NCBI GenBank assembly: GCA_963667365.1
Contig: OY763324.1
Location: 4,606,509 to 4,670,508, forward strand
DNA length: 64,000 nt
Reading direction: 5' to 3'
Origin: Candidatus Poribacteria bacterium
GTDB taxonomy: Bacteria; Poribacteria; WGA-4E; WGA-3G
Shown: piece after piece, positions 1 to 8,252 of the stretch
Position numbering within the stretch: the first letter of the stretch is position 1
Layout of the letters: each line of letters begins with the position of its first letter
Position numbers and translations under genes: made by a program
Notes under the pieces: model-generated
Seen by the model: the letters and a program-made list of their open reading frames with translations, nothing else
Told to the model about the DNA's origin: nothing
The model's database searches: none

Positions 1-703
1 AAACCTTTCCACTGGTTCACCGCATTCTACGGTATCCTCCAAGACGGTGGGTTTGATGTGATTATTGGTAATCCACCTTATGTGGGGTATAGTAAGGTTA
101 AAAAAGATTACAAGGTAATTGGATATGAAACCGAAAGCTGTGGAAATTTGTACACATTTATCATTGAAGGTGTTTTAAAACTTCTGAATTCAAATGGAAT
201 TTGTGGTATGATTATTCCCATCAGTGCCTTTTCCAATCGTAGTATGCAGGATTTCCAAAATTTTATAAAAAAATACCCAATTTTACACGTTTCAAATTTT
301 CATCAGCGCCCTGCCCAACTATTTGAAGGTGTCTTACAACGTTTGTCAATTTTTCTTATCAAAAATAGCAAGGAACAAAATGTAAAAATTTACACTACTT
401 CTGTTATAAGATGGCGTAATGAAGCAAGGGATATACTATTTGATAATTTAGTCTTCACTTTGTCATCACAATCTCATCAACAACATATTTTAAAGGTTGG
501 CAATAACCTTGAAAATTCAATACTCGAAAAATATCAGACACATAAAGAAATAAGATATTATCTATCACACAAAAATCAGAAGTTGATGAATATTATTGCT
601 TATCGCACAGCCGGTGGTGGTTATTGGTGGACTTTCCTTAACACTGAGTTCAAAACACAGTCACTAAGCAATAAAGTAGCTCACTTTGACAGTGTGTATG
701 ATG
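1..703 (+). pseudogene. N-terminal part (enters from upstream) of an N6-adenine DNA methyltransferase / type IIG-like RM enzyme, interrupted by an IS
   Basis: Frame 1 is open from nt 1 and reads ...FDVIIGNPPYV (NPPY catalytic motif IV of amino-MTases). The stop at 709-711 lies inside the IS left inverted repeat. Removing the IS restores an in-frame fusion with 1575..1944. Confidence 0.6.
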
Positions 704-1574
704 CTAGGTAGTGTTTACATTTGAAATGTTTTGACATTTTGCTGACATTTTGGTAGTCTGTATTCATGAACATCAAAAATACAGACAGATCCCAAGAACT
801 TCCGGTTGCTATTAGTGATGCAGCTTGGGAAAGTCTTTTACCATTTCTCCAAGCGTATCCAAACCTCTATGTAGGAGATGCAGAAGACTGTAGAAGGTTT
901 CTTTCCGCCCTTGTGTGGATAGCGAAAGAAGGAGCTACTTGGCGTGCTATACCAAAAGTCTACGGTTATTGGAACACAATCTATCGTAGGTTCAGTAGAT
1001 GGTGTGATACAGGTGTTTTTGTTGCGCTCCAAGAACATTTTCACGATGCTGGTGAGATTTCTGCTATTCTTATTGATAGCACGATGGTGCGTGCCCACTC
1101 CTGTGCAGCTGGTGCTCCCCAAAAAAAGGAGGACAAGACGCACAAGCACTCGGACGAACCCGGGGCGGATTTACCACGAAACTAAATCTATCTCTCAGCG
1201 ATAAATGGATACCTCTCAGATTTACTTTGACAAAGGGACACTGCAATGATATTACGCAAGCATCCGAACTGATTACAGGATATTCGTTTGAGTATGTTAT
1301 AGGAGATAAAGCCTATGACTCGGATGCGTTTATAGCGGAGATCGTTTCCAAAGATGCGATAGCTGTGATACCACCACGCAAAAATCGTATACAAACACGC
1401 ACTTATGACAAAGAGTTGTATAAACTCCGAAACATAATAGAGCGCTTCTTTCATAGACTCAAACAGTTTCGGCGTGTAGCAACACGCTATGATAAACTCG
1501 CAGTCCGATATCTTGGCTTTGTCCATTTCGTATCAATACTCATGACAATCTAAGAAAATGTAAACACTACCTAG
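704..1574 (+). mobile_element. IS5-family (IS427-group-like) insertion sequence, apparently intact
   Basis: Perfect 18-bp terminal inverted repeats ctaggtagtgtttacatt (704-721) and aatgtaaacactacctag (1557-1574), flanked by a TAG (or CTAG) direct repeat. Internal two-frame transposase. Confidence 0.8.
766..1553 (+). CDS. IS5-family DDE transposase (orfA 766..1185 fused to orfB by a -1 programmed frameshift at A7G, 1121-1128)
   Basis: orfA ...AAGAPQKKEDK; the -1 frame is open from 1122 and reads KKGGQDAQALGRTRGGFTTKL...GDKAYDSDAFIAE...YKLRNIIERFFHRLKQFRRVATRYDK, the typical IS427/IS5 DDE C-terminal signature. Confidence 0.75.
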
Positions 1575-1944
1575 AGTATTCATGGGTATTTTAAGTTCAA
1601 GCCTCTTTTGGTGGTATTATTTCATTAACTATGATTTGTTTAATTTGAAAGATTACATGATATTTTCTTTCAAGTTCAATTATCCTACAGATGAGTTTAT
1701 TGAAAAAGAATTAATCTGTCTTGCTGAAAACCTAGAACAGGAATTACTTGGAAATGCTATAAAGTACGAAATTAAGAGTAAAACAAGAGGAACCTCACAA
1801 ACTATTAAATATCAGAATTCTGAATCAAAACCAACGATTGACAAAATTGACCGGTTACTTGCCCAACACTACGGCTTCACAGACGAAGAATTAGACTTCA
1901 TCATAAACTACGACATCAAATATCGCATGGGACTCGGAAACTAA
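1575..1944 (+). pseudogene. C-terminal part of the IS-disrupted methyltransferase / RM gene
   Basis: Same frame as 1..703 once the 867-bp IS (a multiple of 3) is removed. C-terminus ...LAQHYGFTDEELDFIINYDIKYRMG resembles the C-terminal tail of type IIG / PglX-like enzymes. Confidence 0.5.
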
Positions 1945-2081
1945 AATCCATATCACTATCTATCTTTAGTCCCAGCAGAGCGAAAGGTTGAGTAACAGTA
2001 TCTAAATATCTATATTTTTCTTGATATTTCTATGGATTTATAGTATGCTATTAACCCAAGTTGCTCCCTATAAAATACTTT

Positions 2082-2411
2082 TTAATCCATAGGATTTCCT
2101 CTGAAAATCAATGGATATATCACAAATATGTTAGGACATTCACGATACAGTCGCAGGTTCATAATATATAAGGTTGTTTGAAACACTATTCGCAAATATC
2201 TAAATCCAATAATACGAAAGGTATTTATGCGATTGATACATACCCAGTCGCTGTGTGCGATAATATTCGGATCAGACAGTGTTGCATCTATCAGGGTAAA
2301 CAATGACGTGGTAGAATCGCAAGTAAACATCTGTATTCTTTTGGTCTCATAGCACATCTCATAGCCACCGAACCGGAGATATCTGGGTTGTGATAATCTA
2401 ATTCTTTGCAT
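2082..2411 (-). pseudogene. Fragment of an IS5-family transposase (internal DDE-domain piece)
   Basis: ...FTLIDATLSDPNIIAHS... resembles IS5 Ins5 TLVDATIIEAPSS. Lacks the N- and C-terminal parts; no IRs seen. Confidence 0.35.
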
Positions 2412-2562
2412 TGTTTTTTATATTTTTGAAAAATGATATTGAATGTTTTACAATAATCTGTTGATTTATAGGATTTTCGTGTTTTATCCTACCATATCTC
2501 ATCCTGTTACTCAAGCACGATTATGAACTTTTAGTCTTATCTAATCATACAGGACAATAAAA

Positions 2563-3855
2563 ATGAACAACATAACTCATATTCAAAATGACTTTAGTGA
2601 AAATATTGTTTGCGTAGATGGCAATATTCCAGTTGATCTACCAACAAAGGATGGAGACAGGTTTTTATTCATCAGTTACGATCAAAGTTGCCTAACACAT
2701 GGTTTGCACAAATACCCCGCCAAATTTTTCCCCGAGCTCCCTCGTTGGCTCATTAAACGTTATTCTCAGGAAAACGACTGGATACTTGATCCGTTTACTG
2801 GGAGCGGCACCACAAATGTTGAAGCTCTTCTCTTAAAACGCCACTCTGTAGGAATTGATGTTGATCCGTTTTCCAGATTCATTTCAACAGTAAAAGTAAC
2901 ACCTTTAGCGGTAAAAGAACTTCATTCCGCACAAAAACAACTTTTGGAGGCTATTTTTCACTATAGCTCTTCTCTCGTTACCGAAGCAGAATTACCCGAT
3001 TTCCCTTACAGAGATAACTGGTTCAATAAAAGCATCCTATTGGAGTTGACATACTTAAGAAAACAAATTCAATCCCTCGATACAAGCAATAAAGTGAAAG
3101 ACTTCTTCAAAGTCTGTCTGTCTTCTATAATCCGTTCTGTCTCTAATGCAGATAACAATTGCACTCGGACAGTAATACGGAAGAAATTGAATAAATTAGT
3201 TCGTCCCACTGATGCTTTAAACCGTTTTGTGAAAGCTCTCAACGTAAAAATTCCAAAAATGATGGAATTCTCCCAGAAATATCCAGCTAACATTACCATA
3301 GATTTTCCTTCAAATATGGAGGCAAGGGACATCAAATATAAGACGAATCACTTTCATTTAGCGTTAACTTCACCACCTTATGTCAATGCTGTTGACTATC
3401 CGAGAACCCACCAATTAGAAATGTATTGGCTCGGCTTTGCACAAGAATCATTACTCGCTCTAAAAAAACAGAATATCGGCACAGAAAGTGTTTCTGCCCT
3501 ACATTACAAGACCCTACACAATACAGGGGTACCAGAGGCTGATGAAGTTATAACAAACATCTTTAAGGTTGATCCGAGACGCGCTTACATCGCTTTTAAA
3601 TATTTAGACGATATGCGAAAAAACCTTATTGAAGTTCACAGAGTTTTGCACGAGGGGGGTAGATATATTGTTGTTGTTGGTAATAATCGAATTAGGGGAC
3701 ATTTATTTGAGAATTGGAAGTATCTCATATCCATCGCCAAAAACGTTGGTTTTGAAATTGAAACTTACTTCGGTTCTGAGATTATTAAGCACTTTATTAA
3801 AGTTCCTCGAGAACAACGTATCAACACCGACTGGATTCTCGTCCTCAAAAAATAA
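2563..3855 (+). CDS. DNA methyltransferase (N6-adenine / N4-cytosine, PF01555-like) of a type II RM system
   Basis: AdoMet-binding block ILDPFTGSGTTNVEALLLKRHSVGIDVD (aa 75-100), catalytic SPPY (aa 272-275), and ...HEGGRYIVVVGN. Confidence 0.75.
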   Translation: MNNITHIQNDFSENIVCVDGNIPVDLPTKDGDRFLFISYDQSCLTHGLHKYPAKFFPELPRWLIKRYSQENDWILDPFTGSGTTNVEALLLKRHSVGIDVDPFSRFISTVKVTPLAVKELHSAQKQLLEAIFHYSSSLVTEAELPDFPYRDNWFNKSILLELTYLRKQIQSLDTSNKVKDFFKVCLSSIIRSVSNADNNCTRTVIRKKLNKLVRPTDALNRFVKALNVKIPKMMEFSQKYPANITIDFPSNMEARDIKYKTNHFHLALTSPPYVNAVDYPRTHQLEMYWLGFAQESLLALKKQNIGTESVSALHYKTLHNTGVPEADEVITNIFKVDPRRAYIAFKYLDDMRKNLIEVHRVLHEGGRYIVVVGNNRIRGHLFENWKYLISIAKNVGFEIETYFGSEIIKHFIKVPREQRINTDWILVLKK

Positions 3856-3872
3856 GGAACGGAGGTAGATAC

Positions 3873-4382
3873 ATGGAAAATAGAGCTGCTTCGGGAAAAC
3901 AAGCCTCAGTAGATGGATTTGCCCACGAACATATAGCTGCTGCTATTTTGATGAAAAAATATCACCACGTCTCATTAATGGATGTTCCCTTATCGTCCTA
4001 CGACATGCTCATAGATCTTAAAAATACCAATAACAAGGAGCAAATAATTCGGGCACAAGTAAAAACAGCACGTAAGAGCATTCCATTTACAGGTGGCGGA
4101 CGGGGTGGCGTTGATAGAGAATACAGTTCGAACGTTAAGACTTATACGCATTCCACTGAAACTTCCGATGTTGTCATTGGCGTTCATCCAACAGCAGATA
4201 ATGCTTTTGTGCTCTATTTTGTTCCAACACTACTCATAGAAAAACTGGATCAGAAGAGCATCTCTATTCAAAAGGTAAAAGATTTGAAGGAAAATTATTA
4301 CATCTTAGAAAATTGCAAAAATGAGAAAATAGTAACCGAAAAATGTCAGGAATACGGTATTCTCCCAAAGCAAATACCTTAA
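3873..4382 (+). CDS. Putative small type II restriction endonuclease (PD-(D/E)xK-like)
   Basis: Starts 17 bp after the MTase stop, same strand. ...DMLIDL...IIRAQVKT fits a D...(D/E)xK core. 169 aa. RM genes are typically paired. Confidence 0.45.
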   Translation: MENRAASGKQASVDGFAHEHIAAAILMKKYHHVSLMDVPLSSYDMLIDLKNTNNKEQIIRAQVKTARKSIPFTGGGRGGVDREYSSNVKTYTHSTETSDVVIGVHPTADNAFVLYFVPTLLIEKLDQKSISIQKVKDLKENYYILENCKNEKIVTEKCQEYGILPKQIP

Positions 4383-4410
4383 TACGGTATTCTTCCAAAG
4401 CAAATACCCT
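4347..4410. repeat. Tandem 31-bp direct repeat, each unit a hairpin (ggtatt-N11-aatacc), spanning the REase stop codon
   Basis: gaatacggtattctcccaaagcaaatacct / taatacggtattcttccaaagcaaataccct. Two mismatches. Confidence 0.7.
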
Positions 4411-4559
4411 TGGTTTTCTAATCAGTCTCAAAATACGAAAGTTCACTTGAGGGAACATGCTCTCGCGGTCAAAAACGCCTCTGAGCTCTATACTGGTGGA
4501 TACTACGCTGAATCAAATCTAATAACGTACCACCCTTGCAGTCAAGAATTTCTGTAATG

Positions 4560-4853
4560 TCGGAGTTATGATGGAGGTCTATCAGAAAACAAGGTGTTTA
4601 CCACACCTTGCTGGGACACCTCAAAATGTCAGAGATGTTACCTGATAATATCTCTGACTCACGCCTCGTGAAAGAGAATGATAAATACTATCTCTGTGTT
4701 TCCTATACTGTGACAACTCCGAAGCGAAAGCCAAACGGAAGTGTTGTTGCTTTAGACCCTGGCGTGAGAACATTCCTCACATATTTTCATGAGCGTGATT
4801 TCGGATGGCTTGGACACCAGGCTATTAATATGAGTAACTTGCAAACCGTATAA
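4560..4853 (+). pseudogene. Degraded IS200/IS605-family TnpB (OrfB) remnant
   Basis: MEVYQKTRCLPHLAGTPQNV (4570-4632) resembles the TnpB N-terminus. In another frame, ...RLVKENDKYYLCVSYTVTTPKRKPNGSVVALDPGVRTFLTYF resembles the TnpB RuvC-I region (vGIDlGik). Total coding capacity is about 100 aa, against roughly 400 aa for an intact TnpB. Confidence 0.4.
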
Positions 4854-4987
4854 GAAGTGAAATACATAGTATCGCACGGATATATACAGGCCAATATCAT
4901 CGGTAGATTACCTATGCTGTTGATCTCCTACGCGAAACGTTTCCCACCCGCATAATCCGCAACGCAAACAAAAAAAATAAATATTTC

Positions 4988-5130
4988 TTGACTTACGATA
5001 ATTAACATGCTATAATATATCGTAAATAAAATTAACTTGACTTATCAATATTAGCATGCTATAATATATCATAAATAAAATTAACTTGACTTATCAATAT
5101 TAATATAGTATAATAACAAATAGTATAATA
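4988..5130 (+). promoter_or_regulatory. Three tandem 49-bp repeats, each a near-consensus sigma70 promoter (TTGACT-17 bp-TATAAT), plus a fourth -10-like tagtataat
   Basis: -35/-10 pairs at 4988-4993/5011-5016, 5037-5042/5060-5065 and 5086-5091/5109-5114. All point toward the gene at 5160. Confidence 0.7.
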
Positions 5131-5159
5131 ACAAACATCAAAAGGAACAATAAAATCAA

Positions 5160-5807
5160 ATGAAAAAAAGATTTATAGCAAGAGAAAAAGACGGAAACGT
5201 TATCATCGGCGGACACCACTCCGACAACGGAACTTTTATAACTTACAACGCAAACGAACCCACACAAGAAGAGGAATACGAAATCAGATACATCTACCAA
5301 CTCTTTTCAATACCAAACGTATACCACATTCACTTCTTCGACGAAGCTCAAGACGGCACCATATATGGACTCTCATTACCACCACAACCAGAATGGATCG
5401 TCAACATCGGATGGAACAACCTAACAATAACTGAAGCTATCGTCTGGACATGTCTTATCGCCTGCTATCACGAAAATAAAACCGCATGGGTACCACACAA
5501 CGATATTGATGAAGTACTAAAAGCATATAGAAGATCACCAGGATCACTCAAAATGACCATTAAAAAAATAAGACAAAAAATCGCAAATACAAAATGGCAC
5601 ATAGAGAACCTACGCAACGAAGGATACAGACTATCACAAATTGATAGGAAAGAGGCCGCAAAAAATGAATATATCAACGCAATAAAAAACGGATACCCCA
5701 AACACAAACTCGTAAATATTACCGCAGAGGCTACTGGAATATCACCACAACAGATACGAAGATGGGCAAAAAAATACCAATGGACAGATAACAAAAAGGA
5801 GAAATAG
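5160..5807 (+). CDS. Putative DNA-binding regulator (OmpR/CadC-type winged helix plus C-terminal HTH), lysine-rich
   Basis: ...SLKMTIKKIRQKIANTKWHIENLRNEGYRLSQI fits the trans_reg_C wHTH pattern. C-terminal ...ATGISPQQIRRWAKKYQW is HTH-like. Confidence 0.4.
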   Translation: MKKRFIAREKDGNVIIGGHHSDNGTFITYNANEPTQEEEYEIRYIYQLFSIPNVYHIHFFDEAQDGTIYGLSLPPQPEWIVNIGWNNLTITEAIVWTCLIACYHENKTAWVPHNDIDEVLKAYRRSPGSLKMTIKKIRQKIANTKWHIENLRNEGYRLSQIDRKEAAKNEYINAIKNGYPKHKLVNITAEATGISPQQIRRWAKKYQWTDNKKEK

Positions 5808-5810
5808 AAA

Positions 5811-6422
5811 ATGAATACGAAAAAACCTGCTATAGTCCCAAAAAAAGATAAAGACAGGTTTAATGTGGACACAAAATATCCTAACATACAAAAACATCAT
5901 TATCATATCTATATCAAACTCTGTGCAAAATACGGCATAGATAAACGAGGGATGCGACGCGTCAACACAGAAATGCTGAAAATATTAGGCATGACAGTAA
6001 CACCCGAAAATCGTGTTTGGTGCCGTAACAAATTCAGATCAGCAAACCCAACAAGTCCAAGATTTAAGCAAGAATATAAACCGTATTATAAAAATGAAAT
6101 CGTCACAGAATCGTCCATTTACCTATCCAGTGCAAAGTCCGCACTCGTCAATGACGAAGCACTGTTAGACGACTTTCTGGAGGAATACGAATTGGACGAT
6201 TGTGCAGACTTAATCGGCCAATTAACACCTTATGAAAAATCTAAATTCCTTATTGAACTTCTCAAATACCGTCCAGAAAATATTTCCAGTCAAGGACAAA
6301 TCTATATCCTCGCACAAGCACAAGCTGCCTCTCTCTCGACAGATGGTGATAGACACAGAGTCAGAGATAACACTGATGACGTTGAAGGACAGGATACACT
6401 TGATGGAACAGACAACGGATAA
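5811..6422 (+). CDS. Hypothetical protein (positional candidate for a small terminase or accessory subunit)
   Basis: ORF only. Its stop overlaps the downstream terminase-like gene. Confidence 0.3.
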   Translation: MNTKKPAIVPKKDKDRFNVDTKYPNIQKHHYHIYIKLCAKYGIDKRGMRRVNTEMLKILGMTVTPENRVWCRNKFRSANPTSPRFKQEYKPYYKNEIVTESSIYLSSAKSALVNDEALLDDFLEEYELDDCADLIGQLTPYEKSKFLIELLKYRPENISSQGQIYILAQAQAASLSTDGDRHRVRDNTDDVEGQDTLDGTDNG

Positions 6423-8100
6423 ACAGAAAATTCAAGCAATCTGCTTTTTAGATGTCGGGTGTTTCGCTTGGAAATACTTTGAAGAATACATCACCAGCGC
6501 ATTCGGTAAACATCACGAACCGATATTCACTGCTATTGGATTAGGTGAACGTGGCAAACGTGTCAATATACTTGCTCCACGCGGTAGTGCCAAAAGCACC
6601 TGCATGGCAATTATCTATCCATTGCATTGCATATTCTTTAAGTGGGCTTATGAAACACTCGGACTTGAACCTTTCAGTTTTATTGTTATTCTCTCTAAAT
6701 CACACACTATGGCAAAATCAAGAATACAAGACATCAAACGGAAGATAGAGACAGACACACGATTCAAACATCTCAAAGGTAAAGAAAGCTGGGGAGAAAC
6801 ACGTCTCATCACAAGCAACGATGTACTGCTCGTACCAAACTCACGCGGTGGACAGATACGCGGTTCTCTGTTCGGAGGACATAGACCCGACCTCATTATC
6901 TCGGATGACCTTGATGATCCTGAATCTGTGCGTAATCCTGATGTGCGTGCCAAAGACCAGTTGTGGTTTGACAGTGATTTAATGCGGGCTGGCAGTCTTG
7001 ACGGCACAACCAACTTCATCAATATAGACACGGTCAAGCATGCAGAAGCAACTGCAAACTTACTGCGGCAACGGGCAGGTTGGCGGACTCTCTTTTTTCG
7101 AGCAATAGAACATCCCGCTGATCTATGGCACCCAACAGCAGAGGAATCATGGAAACAATGGGAGAAGATATATACCAATCTGGAATTGGAAAATACAGAC
7201 CGTATAACACAAGCGGACGCATTCTACAATGAAAATAAGGAACAGATGACAGCAGGTGTCAAGGAATTGTGGCCGGAAGCAATTACATATCTGGATGTAC
7301 GGAAAGAAATCTGCGATGTTGGATACTTCCCTGTGCTGCGTGAATTACAGAATAGCACACACGACCCATCACAAGCACTCTTTGATATGGAGAACGCTAT
7401 GAGATTCACGTTGGCTAACAATGGCTTACTGCGTTCAGACAATCGTCTTGTCGCGTGGCAGGAGATCGCAGGTGTCACGATATTTTTGGACTGGGCAGGC
7501 GGTAAAGAAATCGCGGATAACTGCTTTGCTGCGTGTGTTGCAGTTGCTTGGGTGCCACTACCCGGCTCACGACAAGACCAAACTGATGCTATTATGGACG
7601 GTGTTCACGGCTACGTCATAGACGCGAACCTCGCACGTGTCGGTGCTACAGAACAGATGCGGATGATATTTGATATGATTGATAAGGTGCGTGCTGAGAT
7701 ACCGAAACGTGACATCAAAATCAGACTCGGTATTGAAGGCTTTGTTCAGGACACATGGAATGCACAAAAACAGGTGATTGAACAGGACTTTCGGAAAGAG
7801 AAGGACGCACGCAACGTTCGCGATTGTCCAACTATTGAATGGTTACCTCGACTCAAAAACAAATTTGATCGTATTGACGCATTACAACCGATAATCCGAA
7901 ACGGATGGCTCGCCTTCAGAAAAGGACTACACAACGAATTTTACAAGCAGATGAGTTTATATCCCACTGGGGACTTCCTTGACGCACCTGATGCGCTTGA
8001 AGGTGCATGTCAATTACGAGTGAGTCGTTTTGAATCTGAACGTAAACAACGTAAGGACGCTGCTCGCAGAAGAAATCAAAACTTCAAAGTACGCATTTAA
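6403..8100 (+). CDS. Phage terminase large subunit-like protein (ATPase plus RNaseH-fold nuclease). The ORF is open from 6232; likely start at 6403, 6376 or 6343.
   Basis: Walker A-like ILAPRGSAKST. Walker B / catalytic RPDLIISDDLDD. Nuclease-domain motifs IFLDWAGGKE and FLDAPDALEGA. Confidence 0.7.
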   Translation: MEQTTDKQKIQAICFLDVGCFAWKYFEEYITSAFGKHHEPIFTAIGLGERGKRVNILAPRGSAKSTCMAIIYPLHCIFFKWAYETLGLEPFSFIVILSKSHTMAKSRIQDIKRKIETDTRFKHLKGKESWGETRLITSNDVLLVPNSRGGQIRGSLFGGHRPDLIISDDLDDPESVRNPDVRAKDQLWFDSDLMRAGSLDGTTNFINIDTVKHAEATANLLRQRAGWRTLFFRAIEHPADLWHPTAEESWKQWEKIYTNLELENTDRITQADAFYNENKEQMTAGVKELWPEAITYLDVRKEICDVGYFPVLRELQNSTHDPSQALFDMENAMRFTLANNGLLRSDNRLVAWQEIAGVTIFLDWAGGKEIADNCFAACVAVAWVPLPGSRQDQTDAIMDGVHGYVIDANLARVGATEQMRMIFDMIDKVRAEIPKRDIKIRLGIEGFVQDTWNAQKQVIEQDFRKEKDARNVRDCPTIEWLPRLKNKFDRIDALQPIIRNGWLAFRKGLHNEFYKQMSLYPTGDFLDAPDALEGACQLRVSRFESERKQRKDAARRRNQNFKVRI

Positions 8101-8252
8101 TAGGGTTATATAATGCGACAACAAACCGAAATAAATGACATCTGATGATTTCAAGGGATTTGTGATATAACTATTAGAAAGACAATAATTTGATTTGTAC
8201 CTAAGTATGTTGTTTAGACGTTAAAACTGTAGAGTAATCTACCAAAATTGGT

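Noticed and set aside
944-1204. 86-aa +2-frame ORF inside the IS
   Set aside because: Overlaps the transposase orfA/orfB. The frame relationship (-1 into the frame starting at 1122) supports the 1122..1553 frame as orfB, not this one.
4988-5130. Possibility that the 49-bp tandem repeats are a CRISPR array or replication iterons
   Set aside because: The units are directly adjacent without unique spacers, so they are not CRISPR. Each unit matches promoter geometry exactly (-35, 17 bp, -10), which favours promoters. An iteron role cannot be fully excluded.
6648-7178. 176-aa ORF on the minus strand
   Set aside because: Entirely antisense to the well-supported terminase-like gene. Arg/Ser-rich low-complexity translation typical of the reverse strand of a coding region.
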